Origin: Anaerolineae bacterium
Lineage (GTDB): Bacteria; Chloroflexota; Anaerolineae; Aggregatilineales; UBA3940
Direction: 5' to 3'
DNA: 64,000 nt
NCBI GenBank assembly: GCA_034435015.1
Contig: DAOTYH010000052.1
Span: 2,835-66,834, forward strand
The position numbers and the translations under genes were made by a program. Positions 17,701 to 25,764 of the stretch are shown here, in pieces. A model generated the notes under the pieces. The model worked only from the letters and a program-made list of their open reading frames with translations. It ran no database searches and was not told the DNA's origin. The first letter of the stretch is position 1; each line of letters begins with the position of its first letter.

Positions 17701-20390
17701 TTGGGGCGCTGGATGTGCAAAGCACGCAGGTCAACGCCTTCGATGCAGAGGCTCAGGCCATCCTGCAATCACTGGCCGACCAGATTTCCGTGACTCTTGA
17801 GAATGCCCAGCTCTTCCAGGAAATCCAAGAGCGTGTGGCTGAGCTGACAACCGTTAACCTCGTTTCGCAGACAGTCTCTCGTGCTGAGACGTTGGACGAC
17901 CTGTATGAGGTCGTGACAACGCAACTGATGCGCACGTTCGGTGCTCAGTATGGCTTCTTGGGTGTGCTGGGCAAGGACAACCTGCTCCATTTCCCGATCT
18001 TCATTGAAGGAGGGGAGCGGCTCGAGTCCCCGCCGCCGCAGCCGCTGGGCGAGGGCCTCAGCGGCCACGTCATTCGTACCAAACAGGTGCTCCTGCTCAA
18101 TGAGAATCTCCCCCAAGAAGCTGAACGGCTGGGTGCGCGGATTATCGGCGAGATGCCTAAGAGCCTGCTGGCCGTCCCCTTGACCCTTGGGGATGAAGCT
18201 GTCGGCGTGCTGAGCATTCAGGATGCCGAGAAGGAACATGCCTACGGTGAGGCTCATATCCGCCAGTTGACCACGCTGGCCGCCTATATTGCCATCAAAA
18301 TCCGCAACGCCGAACTGCTTGAAGAGGCTCAGCGGCGGGCGGCTGAACTTGGCTTCCTGTTCAACCTGACACGGGCCGCCGTCTCCACTTCTGATCTGGA
18401 TGAGGCTCTCTCGCATGTGGCGGAGGTTCTGCACAGAGAGATCGAGGGGGCGGAAGCGGCAGTCATCTATCTGGCTAATGCTGAGGATAACTGCCTTGAC
18501 CCGCGTGCGGCAATCGGCTATGGACGTGACATTGCCCTTCGGCAGGGACGTATCGAGATGGGTGAAGGGCTGGTTGGTATGGTCGCTGTCCAGGGAAGGC
18601 CGCTGGTCATCGGCGATGCATGGCAGGAGGGGCCGGGCGGAAATGGTAGTGGCGGACGGACGCGATCAGCGGTGCTGGTTCCCCTCATGGTGGGCGATAT
18701 GCTGATCGGCGTCCTGACGGTTGAGAGCACACAGCCCAACGCCTTCGGCGAGAGCGAACTGCGTCTGCTGGAGGCGGCCTCTGGTACGCTGACGGCAGTG
18801 ATCCAGAATGACCGTCTGCTGGAGCAGATCACCCGTGCCAACGAGCAGTTGCGTGAGCTTGACAAGCTTAAATCCCAGTTCCTTGCCAACATGAGCCACG
18901 AGTTGCGCACACCCCTCAACTCGATCATCGGTTTCTCGCGTGTCATGCTGAAGGGGATAGACGGTCCGCTGAATGATCTTCAGGTTCAGGACCTCACTAC
19001 CATCCATCAGAGCGGCCAGCATCTGCTGGGGCTGATCAATGACATCCTTGACCTGTCCAAGATCGAGGCGGGCAAGATGGAGATTCAACCCGAATATATT
19101 GACTTGGTTGAGATCATTGAGGGTGTAATGTCCACCGCCAAGGGCCTGGTCAAAGATAAGCCCATCCAGCTCTTCAAGGAGGTCGAGGAGGGACTGCCTC
19201 AGGTCTATGGCGACCCGTTGCGCGTGCGGCAGGTACTGCTGAACTTGGTTTCTAATGCCGCCAAATTCACCAAAGAGGGGAGCATCACTGTTCGTGCCGT
19301 CCGCAAAGACTTCGATCCAGTCACGCTGGAGCCGCCGCGTGTTCAGGTTGATGTGGCCGATACCGGTATAGGGATCGCGCCGAAAGATATGGAGAAACTG
19401 TTTGTCGCCTTCCAGCAGGTGGACGGGTCAAGCACAAGGCAGGTCGGTGGAACAGGTCTTGGGCTGGCGATCTCTAAGCAGTTTATCGAGATGCATGGCG
19501 GGCGCATCTGGGTAGAGAGCCAGCTAGGGGTTGGCTCGACCTTCAGCTTCACCATACCGCTTCATCCTCCCAGCGTGCCGGTCGCTGAGCAGGAGCCTGT
19601 CGTTCTAAGGCCGGCTTCTAGTGAGGGACAGCCGGTTGTGCTGGCGGTAGACGACGAGCCGGGCGTGCTTGATCTGTATGCCCGTTATCTGGAAAAGGCA
19701 GGGTATGCCCTGATCGGGTTGAACAGCGCAAACGATCTCCTGCGGCATGTACGCGAGATGCACCCATCAGCTATCGTGATGGACCTGAACCTGCCGGGCA
19801 AGAGCGGCTGGGATGCTATCACCGATCTGCGCCGGTTCGATGATACCCGTAACGTGCCGGTCATCATTTGCAGTATCGAGGATGAGCGCCGGCGCGGCAG
19901 TCAGGTAGGGGTGGCTGACTATCTGGTCAAGCCGATCATCGAAGATGAGTTGCTGGAAGCCCTCAGCCGTGCGGTGAACGGCATGGTTTCGCCGCCTGCT
20001 ACGGGGCTGGATGTCTTGGATGTCCTGATCATTGACTCGGACGAACAGCATGCGCGTGCCGTTGAGGGCGTGCTTGTGCAGTCAGGCCGTTACGTGGTCC
20101 GCCGGGCCGCCATGGGCTTTGAGGGCTTGCAGGCTATTCAGGATCGTAAGCCGGACGTGGTTATCTTGGAGCTTGACTTGCCTGACATGGACGGCTATGG
20201 CCTGCTTGTCTCCATGCGTTCGCATGCCGATACACGTGATATTCCGGTCCTGATCATGACGGGGCGCGAGCTGACCAGCGATCAGCTTGGCCGCCTCGAC
20301 GGCAAGACAACGCGCTACCTGAGCAAGGCGATCTGTCAGGATGTGCGCTGGGCTGACCATCTGTCAGCGGCGCTTGAGAGTCTGCGTTAG
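14790..20390 (+). CDS. 1866-aa hybrid sensor histidine kinase (Cache-like, HAMP, six GAF-type modules, HisKA, HATPase, two receivers)
   Basis: TM, periplasmic domain, TM, then HAMP (..RLADSFNAMTAQI..). Two copies of the GAF-A module (LGYYHVQIFMVDD.. and FGYYHVQIFLVDE..HRRNELLPNTRAE..). H-box FLANMSHELRTPLNSI. ATP-lid DTGIGI and GGTGLGLAI. Receivers with IVMDLNLPGKSG and VILELDLPDMDG. The ATG overlaps the upstream stop (ATGA). Confidence 0.9.
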   Translation: MSSTKPSQPKRRARSLRRTLQLIFIALVALPVLTLTVVSMLNSVNNSRQAAVNRLNTLADIQTQVLEQWVSAAQNNLSQNLANPVIGPIIVRLVTTPPEEMTTAAYASNRLIFINHARVVIGGPDSPFSRIVLTDMDGIVRGADFQTLLGRDWSMEPWFNAAIQAGDAVALVGPYRDPVDGKDSLYFSTTVRTSEGVVVGVLCGRATLDPLKRLMERVPPLGETGEYLLIRQGQQYVTPPRHDPGARLATDEIVSTVLSGNNGSGTWRDYRGEEVIGAYRWVAPLNMGLIVKQDSVEVLGGLWRLVSSSAIIGMLFVGLGALLSFVFSERLLGPLEALSRVAMRVSAGDLNLRAPETDATELRRLADSFNAMTAQIRSMIESREETIRERTRELAIVAQMGRVIAAETNLERLLDLAIGLIRDRLGYYHVQIFMVDDLKQNAVLRASTGEAGRQLLALGHRLPVGSRSVVGQAAGRGEPVLASDTRYADYWRPNPLLPDTRAELAIPLLTGDQLIGVLDIQSTEPETFSEDTIAVLQTLADQLAVAIRNAQLFGEKESLLSASLDLTQMLTREGWGDYVAQRRGQNGAIGFEYNLSEVRPLDGSSGISGQGISLPIALRGAIIGQLEAQLPEGETWTEEDRQLVSQVLDRVALALENARLFEQTQISLAETNRLYQASQRIAAADTVKDLVEELIDVAKIDIADQITLYLVDDPAEPPGDRWVEAAGSWVRDPHSALGQMPSRLRTSQPPLKGIESIPLDGRVIDDLTAAEDMAPESRAQLQELGVRSMAVFPLAAGRRTLAWLVIYSSAQGSAFTEGDVRFFETITDQAASALEGLRLFEQTQIRARRLQATNEVSRAASSILNPDILLPLIVDRISEAFGYYHVQIFLVDELGEWAVLRASTGEVGQELLRRKHALAVGSRSVIGQVTALGEIVIARDTDVDAVHRRNELLPNTRAEMAIPLKTGDRVIGALDVQSTQVNAFDAEAQAILQSLADQISVTLENAQLFQEIQERVAELTTVNLVSQTVSRAETLDDLYEVVTTQLMRTFGAQYGFLGVLGKDNLLHFPIFIEGGERLESPPPQPLGEGLSGHVIRTKQVLLLNENLPQEAERLGARIIGEMPKSLLAVPLTLGDEAVGVLSIQDAEKEHAYGEAHIRQLTTLAAYIAIKIRNAELLEEAQRRAAELGFLFNLTRAAVSTSDLDEALSHVAEVLHREIEGAEAAVIYLANAEDNCLDPRAAIGYGRDIALRQGRIEMGEGLVGMVAVQGRPLVIGDAWQEGPGGNGSGGRTRSAVLVPLMVGDMLIGVLTVESTQPNAFGESELRLLEAASGTLTAVIQNDRLLEQITRANEQLRELDKLKSQFLANMSHELRTPLNSIIGFSRVMLKGIDGPLNDLQVQDLTTIHQSGQHLLGLINDILDLSKIEAGKMEIQPEYIDLVEIIEGVMSTAKGLVKDKPIQLFKEVEEGLPQVYGDPLRVRQVLLNLVSNAAKFTKEGSITVRAVRKDFDPVTLEPPRVQVDVADTGIGIAPKDMEKLFVAFQQVDGSSTRQVGGTGLGLAISKQFIEMHGGRIWVESQLGVGSTFSFTIPLHPPSVPVAEQEPVVLRPASSEGQPVVLAVDDEPGVLDLYARYLEKAGYALIGLNSANDLLRHVREMHPSAIVMDLNLPGKSGWDAITDLRRFDDTRNVPVIICSIEDERRRGSQVGVADYLVKPIIEDELLEALSRAVNGMVSPPATGLDVLDVLIIDSDEQHARAVEGVLVQSGRYVVRRAAMGFEGLQAIQDRKPDVVILELDLPDMDGYGLLVSMRSHADTRDIPVLIMTGRELTSDQLGRLDGKTTRYLSKAICQDVRWADHLSAALESLR

Positions 20391-20430
20391 GCAGGTTTTC
20401 TTGTCTGTATCAGTTAGGATTGTAATGGAT

Positions 20431-20460
20431 GGGTGCGGGTTTTCTCCTGCACCCTTCTAT
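20431..20460 (+). terminator. hairpin downstream of the hybrid kinase gene
   Basis: GGGTGCGGG, loop TTTTCT, CCTGCACCC (9 bp, one G-U), followed by the T-rich TTCTATT..CTTTTTATTT. Located about 40 nt after the kinase stop codon. Confidence 0.35.
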
Positions 20461-20510
20461 TACCCTTCTGCTTTTTATTTACAAGCTATTATTCCAAGAG
20501 AGCGTAGAGT

Positions 20511-22178
20511 ATGACCATTGTCCGTGTTCAGACCCATTGTCTGCGCTGTGGCTATGCAGAAGACTACGAACGTCCCCTGTTGGCTTGTCCGCAATGCGGC
20601 GAGACTTACTTGGATGCCCAGTATGTGCTGGAAGAGGGGCTTCCGTGGCCGGAGAGACTGCGGGATCGCCCCCCGACCATGTGGCGCTACCGCGAGTTGC
20701 TCCCCCTGCGCGACGACCTGAACATCGTCAGCTTGGGCGAGGGTGGTACTCCGCTGATCCGCTCCGAGAGTCTGGCCGCTATGCTGGGCCTGCGCCACCT
20801 GTATATTAAGGACGAGCGGCAGGGGCCGACTGCCTCGTTTAAGGATCGGCAGGCTTCGCTGGCCATTTCGACGATGCGCGAGCTGGGGATCACTGAGGCG
20901 GTAGTAGCCAGCACAGGTAATGTCGCCATCGCCTATTCAGCTTATGCGGCCCGCGCCGGCATCAAGCTGTGGGCTTTTATCATCAGCAGTATCCCCCCAG
21001 AGAAGATGCGTGAGATCACGCTCTATGGCACTGAGCTGGTCAAGGTGACCGGCACATACGATCAGGCCAAGCAGGTGGCTTCCCGCTTTGCTGAGAGCAA
21101 GGGTCTTTACCTTGATCGAGGCATCAGAAGCATCGCCGCTAAAGAGAGCATGAAGACGATTGCCTTTGAAATAGCGGAGGAGCTGGGGAAGATTTACGGC
21201 CCCTCGCCAAGCGGTACGCCGTGGCGTACCCCAGACTGGTACATTCAGGCTGTCAGCGGCGGGCTGGGGCCGATTGGCGTAGTCAAAGGCTTCCGTGAGC
21301 TGGAGGCCGCCGGCCTTTCCAACAGTGTGCCGAAGCTGGCCAACATTCAGTCTACTGGCTGTGACCCAATGGTTCAGGCTTTCCGCGCCGGTCTGGAAGA
21401 TGCGCCTCCCTTCCCGTATCCCAAGACCCGTATTGCCACAGTGGCTACCGATGTGCCCGGTGTGGCCTATAAACTGCTCCGGCAAGAAGTGCTGGAGAAC
21501 GGGGGGGTCTTTGAGTCAGTCAGTGATGAGGAGGCTTTCCGCGCCCTCAAAACGGTTGCCCGGCTGGAGGGGCTGTCGGTTGAGCCGGCGGCGGCGCTGG
21601 CTTTTGCGGGCCTGTTTAAGATGGTCCGCCAGAAAATGATTGACCCGGACGAGATCGTGGTGGTCAATTGTAGCGGTCATACTTTCTCAGTTGAAAAGCA
21701 CATCCTGGGCGATGAACTGGGCCGTGACGTGGATGTGACACCCGCCGCACGGCCTGCCGTGCCGCATGAAGGCCTGCTGGCCGCGCTGGAGACAGTGGAT
21801 CGGCAGATCAGCAAGGTGGTGGTGATTGAAGATGACCGGAGCGCCTCCGAACTGATGGCCCGTATCTTGCAGGCCTACGGCGTCCCGGAGGTATTGCAGG
21901 CCCCGGACGGGAGCGCGGGCATCCAGATGGTACGTCAGGTGCGCCCTGATCTGGTGGTGCTCGACCTGATGATGCCGGGGATAGACGGGTTCGGCGTCCT
22001 TGACCACCTAAAAAGTGATGAGAGGCTCCGCGATGTGCCGGTAATCGTTGTTACCGCCAAAGACCTGACCAATGAGGAACGCGCCCGTCTGAAGGGGCGT
22101 GTGCAAAGCCTGCTTCAGAAGGGTTCATTTATTGACGAGGCGATCCTGCAAGGGTTGATTGATGAGAAGCTGGGTTAG
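20511..22178 (+). CDS. threonine-synthase-like fold-type-II PLP enzyme fused to a C-terminal response-regulator receiver
   Basis: N-terminal Cys4 ribbon CLRCG..CPQCG. WRYRELLP, SLGEGGTPLI, the PLP-lysine motif TASFKDRQAS and the glycine loop AVSGGLGP. From about nt 21812 a complete receiver: VVVIEDD, LVVLDLMMPGIDGF, VIVVTAKD. Confidence 0.8.
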   Translation: MTIVRVQTHCLRCGYAEDYERPLLACPQCGETYLDAQYVLEEGLPWPERLRDRPPTMWRYRELLPLRDDLNIVSLGEGGTPLIRSESLAAMLGLRHLYIKDERQGPTASFKDRQASLAISTMRELGITEAVVASTGNVAIAYSAYAARAGIKLWAFIISSIPPEKMREITLYGTELVKVTGTYDQAKQVASRFAESKGLYLDRGIRSIAAKESMKTIAFEIAEELGKIYGPSPSGTPWRTPDWYIQAVSGGLGPIGVVKGFRELEAAGLSNSVPKLANIQSTGCDPMVQAFRAGLEDAPPFPYPKTRIATVATDVPGVAYKLLRQEVLENGGVFESVSDEEAFRALKTVARLEGLSVEPAAALAFAGLFKMVRQKMIDPDEIVVVNCSGHTFSVEKHILGDELGRDVDVTPAARPAVPHEGLLAALETVDRQISKVVVIEDDRSASELMARILQAYGVPEVLQAPDGSAGIQMVRQVRPDLVVLDLMMPGIDGFGVLDHLKSDERLRDVPVIVVTAKDLTNEERARLKGRVQSLLQKGSFIDEAILQGLIDEKLG

Positions 22179-22213
22179 CCTGCAAGCTTGCCCCTACCAA
22201 AGGAACAGGTTCT

Positions 22214-23257
22214 GTGGATCAGGCCGCAAATCGCGCCAAGGGAGTGGCCGCCGCACTGCTGACACCAGTGCTGATGGGTATGGCTCCCATCTTTGGCAAG
22301 CTGGCGCTCCGCTCTGGTGTTGACCCTTATACGCTGACTGCGTTACGCACCTGTCTGGCGGCACTAGCGCTGTGGGTGATCTTTGCCCTGTTTTACCGGC
22401 GTTACCTGTATATCTTCCCTGCCGGCCTGATCGGCACGGTCGCAGTAGGGGCCATCAACGGGCTGGGTTCACTGCTGTATTACAACGGCCTCCTGCTGCT
22501 GGATAATGCTTCGCTGGCTCAGCTCCTCAACATGCTGTATGTCGTCTTCGTCATGCTGTTGACACGCTTCTATGGCCATCAAATCTCGAAGTTGAGCCTG
22601 CTCAGGATAGCCCTAGCTCTGACAGCGGTCTATTTGCTGGTAGCGCCGACTGAAGGCTATGCCCGGCCTCCTCTTCATTGGGCAGGGGTAGGTTTGTTGA
22701 TCGGGGCGGCCTTCGCGTATGCCCTGCATGCCTTCCTGAGCCAGCGTGTTATGTATGAAATGCCCGCCCCTACTATGGCGTTGTATGCCCTGACATGGAT
22801 GGGGGCAACCGTTCTGCTTGCCCGGCTGGTTTATGGCGTACTTTTCCCGCTGAGGTGGGAGCCGGTTGTGCCGGACGGCTGGTGGTTTGTCATGGGGCTG
22901 ACGCTGGTTACAGCCGTGGGGCGGGTGACTCTTTTTGCCGGCGTAAGGACTCTGGGTAGCCTGCAAACACTCCTGCTCAATGTGGGTGAATTGGGCGTGA
23001 CGCTGCTGGCCGCGTTCATGTGGCTGGGGGAGCGGATGACGCCCATTCAGTGGGTCGGGATGGCCGTACTGGTGTTGAGCATGATGCTTTCGCGCTGGGA
23101 TGGGCAGGTACGCGATGATGTGTACCGCCCCCTGCCCCATCCCGTCCCTTTTGGCGGCCTGCCCAGAGACAGAGGCCCTCTGAAGCCCAACGCTTTCTCG
23201 ACCGTGTCGCGGGTATACCGGCGCAGGCCCGGTACCGGCTCAGACGGGCAGAAATAG
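22214..23257 (+). CDS. EamA/DMT-superfamily transporter
   Basis: About ten hydrophobic helices in two similar halves with a C-terminal hydrophilic tail. Begins 35 nt after the ThrC-like-REC gene. Confidence 0.7.
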   Translation: MDQAANRAKGVAAALLTPVLMGMAPIFGKLALRSGVDPYTLTALRTCLAALALWVIFALFYRRYLYIFPAGLIGTVAVGAINGLGSLLYYNGLLLLDNASLAQLLNMLYVVFVMLLTRFYGHQISKLSLLRIALALTAVYLLVAPTEGYARPPLHWAGVGLLIGAAFAYALHAFLSQRVMYEMPAPTMALYALTWMGATVLLARLVYGVLFPLRWEPVVPDGWWFVMGLTLVTAVGRVTLFAGVRTLGSLQTLLLNVGELGVTLLAAFMWLGERMTPIQWVGMAVLVLSMMLSRWDGQVRDDVYRPLPHPVPFGGLPRDRGPLKPNAFSTVSRVYRRRPGTGSDGQK

Positions 23258-23259
23258 GC

Positions 23260-24591
23260 TTATGCGGGCATGCGGGCCGCTTTGTTAAACCCCTGCCAAG
23301 CCAGAGCGTACAGCACCCCCTGCCTCCTTCCCACACGAGCTGAGCGCACCTGTTCCAGCCAGCGGGCTTCCGCCCGGTCGGCTTCTGTGAAACAACGTGC
23401 CGAATAGACAGCCCGATCCTCAATAGGCGCAGTCCTGAGGGCCTGCGCTTCTTCAATGAAGCGGCGCTCAAGCTGATCGCGCTCTTCCCTGTAAAGAGCT
23501 GTCAGGGCAGAGTAGTTGCGCAATGTGGCACGGTGGAGTGCCTCGTGACGCCAGTAGAGTGTCGCCTGATCGTATGTCTTAGAGGGAATCGGGCCGGTGT
23601 CGGGCAGGTCGGCCCCCAGCCATACCGGCTTGAAGATGCTGGTGCAAGGGGCCGCTGTGCCTGTCACGTAGTGAGTCTGGACATCCGTTCCTAGATGCGA
23701 GACCAGCGACCCGGCTGACTGACTGCCCCGAATCGGGCCGAAGCCTGCATGAGCGCACACTTCGAAGTTTGTCAGGCCGTAGGCAGGACTCCAATCGGGG
23801 CCTGCCTTCGGGCCGTGATCGCGCAGTGCCTGCATGACCGTTTCCACCGTGATCTTCCCCGCCTGTGACTCCAGCAAATCGGTTGTGCGGCAGTGGCGCT
23901 CTCTGGAACGGCTGAAAGTCGTGTAGATGAAGTCGGAGTAGCAACGGGCAAAATGGAAATCCTCGCGCCCTTTGCACCATCCCCGCTCGATGGCGGTGCT
24001 GACCAGCCCCTCGGAGGCCAGGTCCCATCGGTCGCCTATGGTCAGCCCGTTTGAGATAGTCCGGATACCCTTGACCTGCTCGGCAACCCATTGACGACCA
24101 ACTGTTTCGAGCACCCAAGCGTCGGTTGGATCAGCAATCAGAAAGCTGTTGTGGTAGTAGGTGGGATGATCCATCCCGCAGTTGCCGCCCTGTCCGTAGG
24201 TTTCAAGCAACGAGGTGATCACATTCAGCGCCTCGCGTGCGGTCCGGGCGCGTTCCAATGCCAGCCGCAGGAAGTCCATCCCGATCAAGCCCGGCTTCTT
24301 CTCGTAGGGCAGTTTAGCAAACACGGCCTCGTTGCCAATTGTGACGCCATGCTCGTTAGTGCCCATTTCAGCGCCCCATATCCAGAAGGGCTTAGCAAGC
24401 AGTACCTCATAAGTTTCCTCGACCTGGGGTATCTTGATGTAGGTGCATTGAACCATGCTGTCGGCTGGATGGCATGTCCGTGGGATACGCAGCAGATGGT
24501 GAGCCTCATTGGGTTCTCGGTCGGAGTTTTTGCCGAAAACGGTCACGCCGTCAGCGGTTACACTGCCAGTTGCGACAACTGTATCACACAT
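23260..24591 (-). CDS. peptidase C69 family (secernin/dipeptidase-like Ntn hydrolase)
   Basis: The N-terminus MCDTVVATGSVTADGVTVFGKNSDREPNEAH matches the Cys-nucleophile start of C69/secernin-type enzymes. The ORF track extends to 24630, but the Met-Cys start is the functional N-terminus in this family. Confidence 0.65.
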   Translation of the reverse strand: MCDTVVATGSVTADGVTVFGKNSDREPNEAHHLLRIPRTCHPADSMVQCTYIKIPQVEETYEVLLAKPFWIWGAEMGTNEHGVTIGNEAVFAKLPYEKKPGLIGMDFLRLALERARTAREALNVITSLLETYGQGGNCGMDHPTYYHNSFLIADPTDAWVLETVGRQWVAEQVKGIRTISNGLTIGDRWDLASEGLVSTAIERGWCKGREDFHFARCYSDFIYTTFSRSRERHCRTTDLLESQAGKITVETVMQALRDHGPKAGPDWSPAYGLTNFEVCAHAGFGPIRGSQSAGSLVSHLGTDVQTHYVTGTAAPCTSIFKPVWLGADLPDTGPIPSKTYDQATLYWRHEALHRATLRNYSALTALYREERDQLERRFIEEAQALRTAPIEDRAVYSARCFTEADRAEARWLEQVRSARVGRRQGVLYALAWQGFNKAARMPA

Positions 24592-24790
24592 ATCATTCTT
24601 CTCCATGAAGATAGAACGGCTGATTACCAAAGGGGAAGCGCGAGAGATAGAAAAAAGCCCTCTTTGCCACGCATAGTATATCGTGTGGCATAGTCCCTAC
24701 AAGCTATGGTCTGTTTGAGGACATCGAATCTCACTTGCCAGATGCCCTCTTTCTGAGTAGACTGGTCTCATCCAACCCATCCTATTCTAT

Positions 24791-25726
24791 ATGCGAGGTT
24801 TTGTGAATCGTCGATCTTCACTGAGTCTAACAGGGGTAATGGTCCTGCTTGCCGGCCTGATACTGGCTGGTTGTGGGGCAGGAGCCTCTCCCTCTGCCCC
24901 CATTGCCGCTCCTGAGTCTCCTCAGGCGGGCGGGGATGTAGTCCTGACGCCTCAGCTTGTAGCTGTTGTCAACGGACAGCCTATCACGATGGATTCCCTC
25001 CAGCGTGAGCTGGCCCGCTTTGAGGCCGGGCAGGCCGCCCTGGGCTTTGAGGTGTCTGACCCGGCAGGCTATCAACAGCAGGTGCTTGATCTGCTGATCG
25101 AGCAGGAATTGATCCGGCAGGAAGCCGCCCGGCAGGGCATCTCCGTTTCTGATGAGGCGGTGGACGCTGAGATCAACAGCATGATTCAGGAGAGCGGGCA
25201 GGACTATTTCAACGCTTGGCTGGCAAGCAACTATTACACGCTGGACGAGTTCCGCGAAGTGATCCGGCTTGACCTGATCACCAGCCAGCTTGTTGCCCCG
25301 ATTGCCCAGTCTGTCCCGTCGGTTGCCGAGCAGGTACATGCCCGGCATATTCTGGTCAATTCTCAGGCACAGGCGGATGAGATTCTAGGCCGCCTGATGG
25401 CCGGTGAGGACTTTGCGGCGCTGGCGGCTCAGTACTCGGTTGATGTGACCACCCGTGCCAATGGCGGCGACCTGGGCTGGTTTCCGCGCGGCGGCTTGCT
25501 CGTTCCGGAGGTTGAGGAGGTGGCATTCAGCCTTCAGCCGGGGCAGACCAGCGGCGTAGTTGCCACCGCGTGGGGATTCCATATCGTGCAAACCCTAGAG
25601 TACGATCCAAACCGCGAGGTCGCGCCGGAAACCCTTCAGCGGCTGGTCGAGAAAGCCATTGAGGAATGGCGTTTGGGCTTGCGCAACGGCGCGTCCATTC
25701 AGCAATTTGTTTCCTTCACGCCCTAA
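24791..25726 (+). CDS. secreted lipoprotein peptidyl-prolyl isomerase (PpiC/parvulin, SurA/PrsA-like)
   Basis: Lipobox LILAGCGA. An N-terminal chaperone-like region and the parvulin core HARHILV..GGDLGWF..GFHIVQ. Confidence 0.8.
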   Translation: MRGFVNRRSSLSLTGVMVLLAGLILAGCGAGASPSAPIAAPESPQAGGDVVLTPQLVAVVNGQPITMDSLQRELARFEAGQAALGFEVSDPAGYQQQVLDLLIEQELIRQEAARQGISVSDEAVDAEINSMIQESGQDYFNAWLASNYYTLDEFREVIRLDLITSQLVAPIAQSVPSVAEQVHARHILVNSQAQADEILGRLMAGEDFAALAAQYSVDVTTRANGGDLGWFPRGGLLVPEVEEVAFSLQPGQTSGVVATAWGFHIVQTLEYDPNREVAPETLQRLVEKAIEEWRLGLRNGASIQQFVSFTP

Positions 25727-25764
25727 GGGCTTGTGATCCTGAGAACGGGCGGTAAGGAGCACGC

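Noticed and set aside
5690-17823. Possibility that the conserved GAF modules are phytochrome or cyanobacteriochrome-type photosensors
   Set aside because: There is no conserved Cys in or before the module, no PAS-GAF-PHY arrangement, and no DxCF or CH motif.
20429-20809. 126-aa ORF spanning the kinase/ThrC-like spacer and the 5' part of the ThrC-like gene
   Set aside because: It is out of frame with the zinc-ribbon/PLP motifs, starts inside the terminator-like hairpin, and has no RBS.
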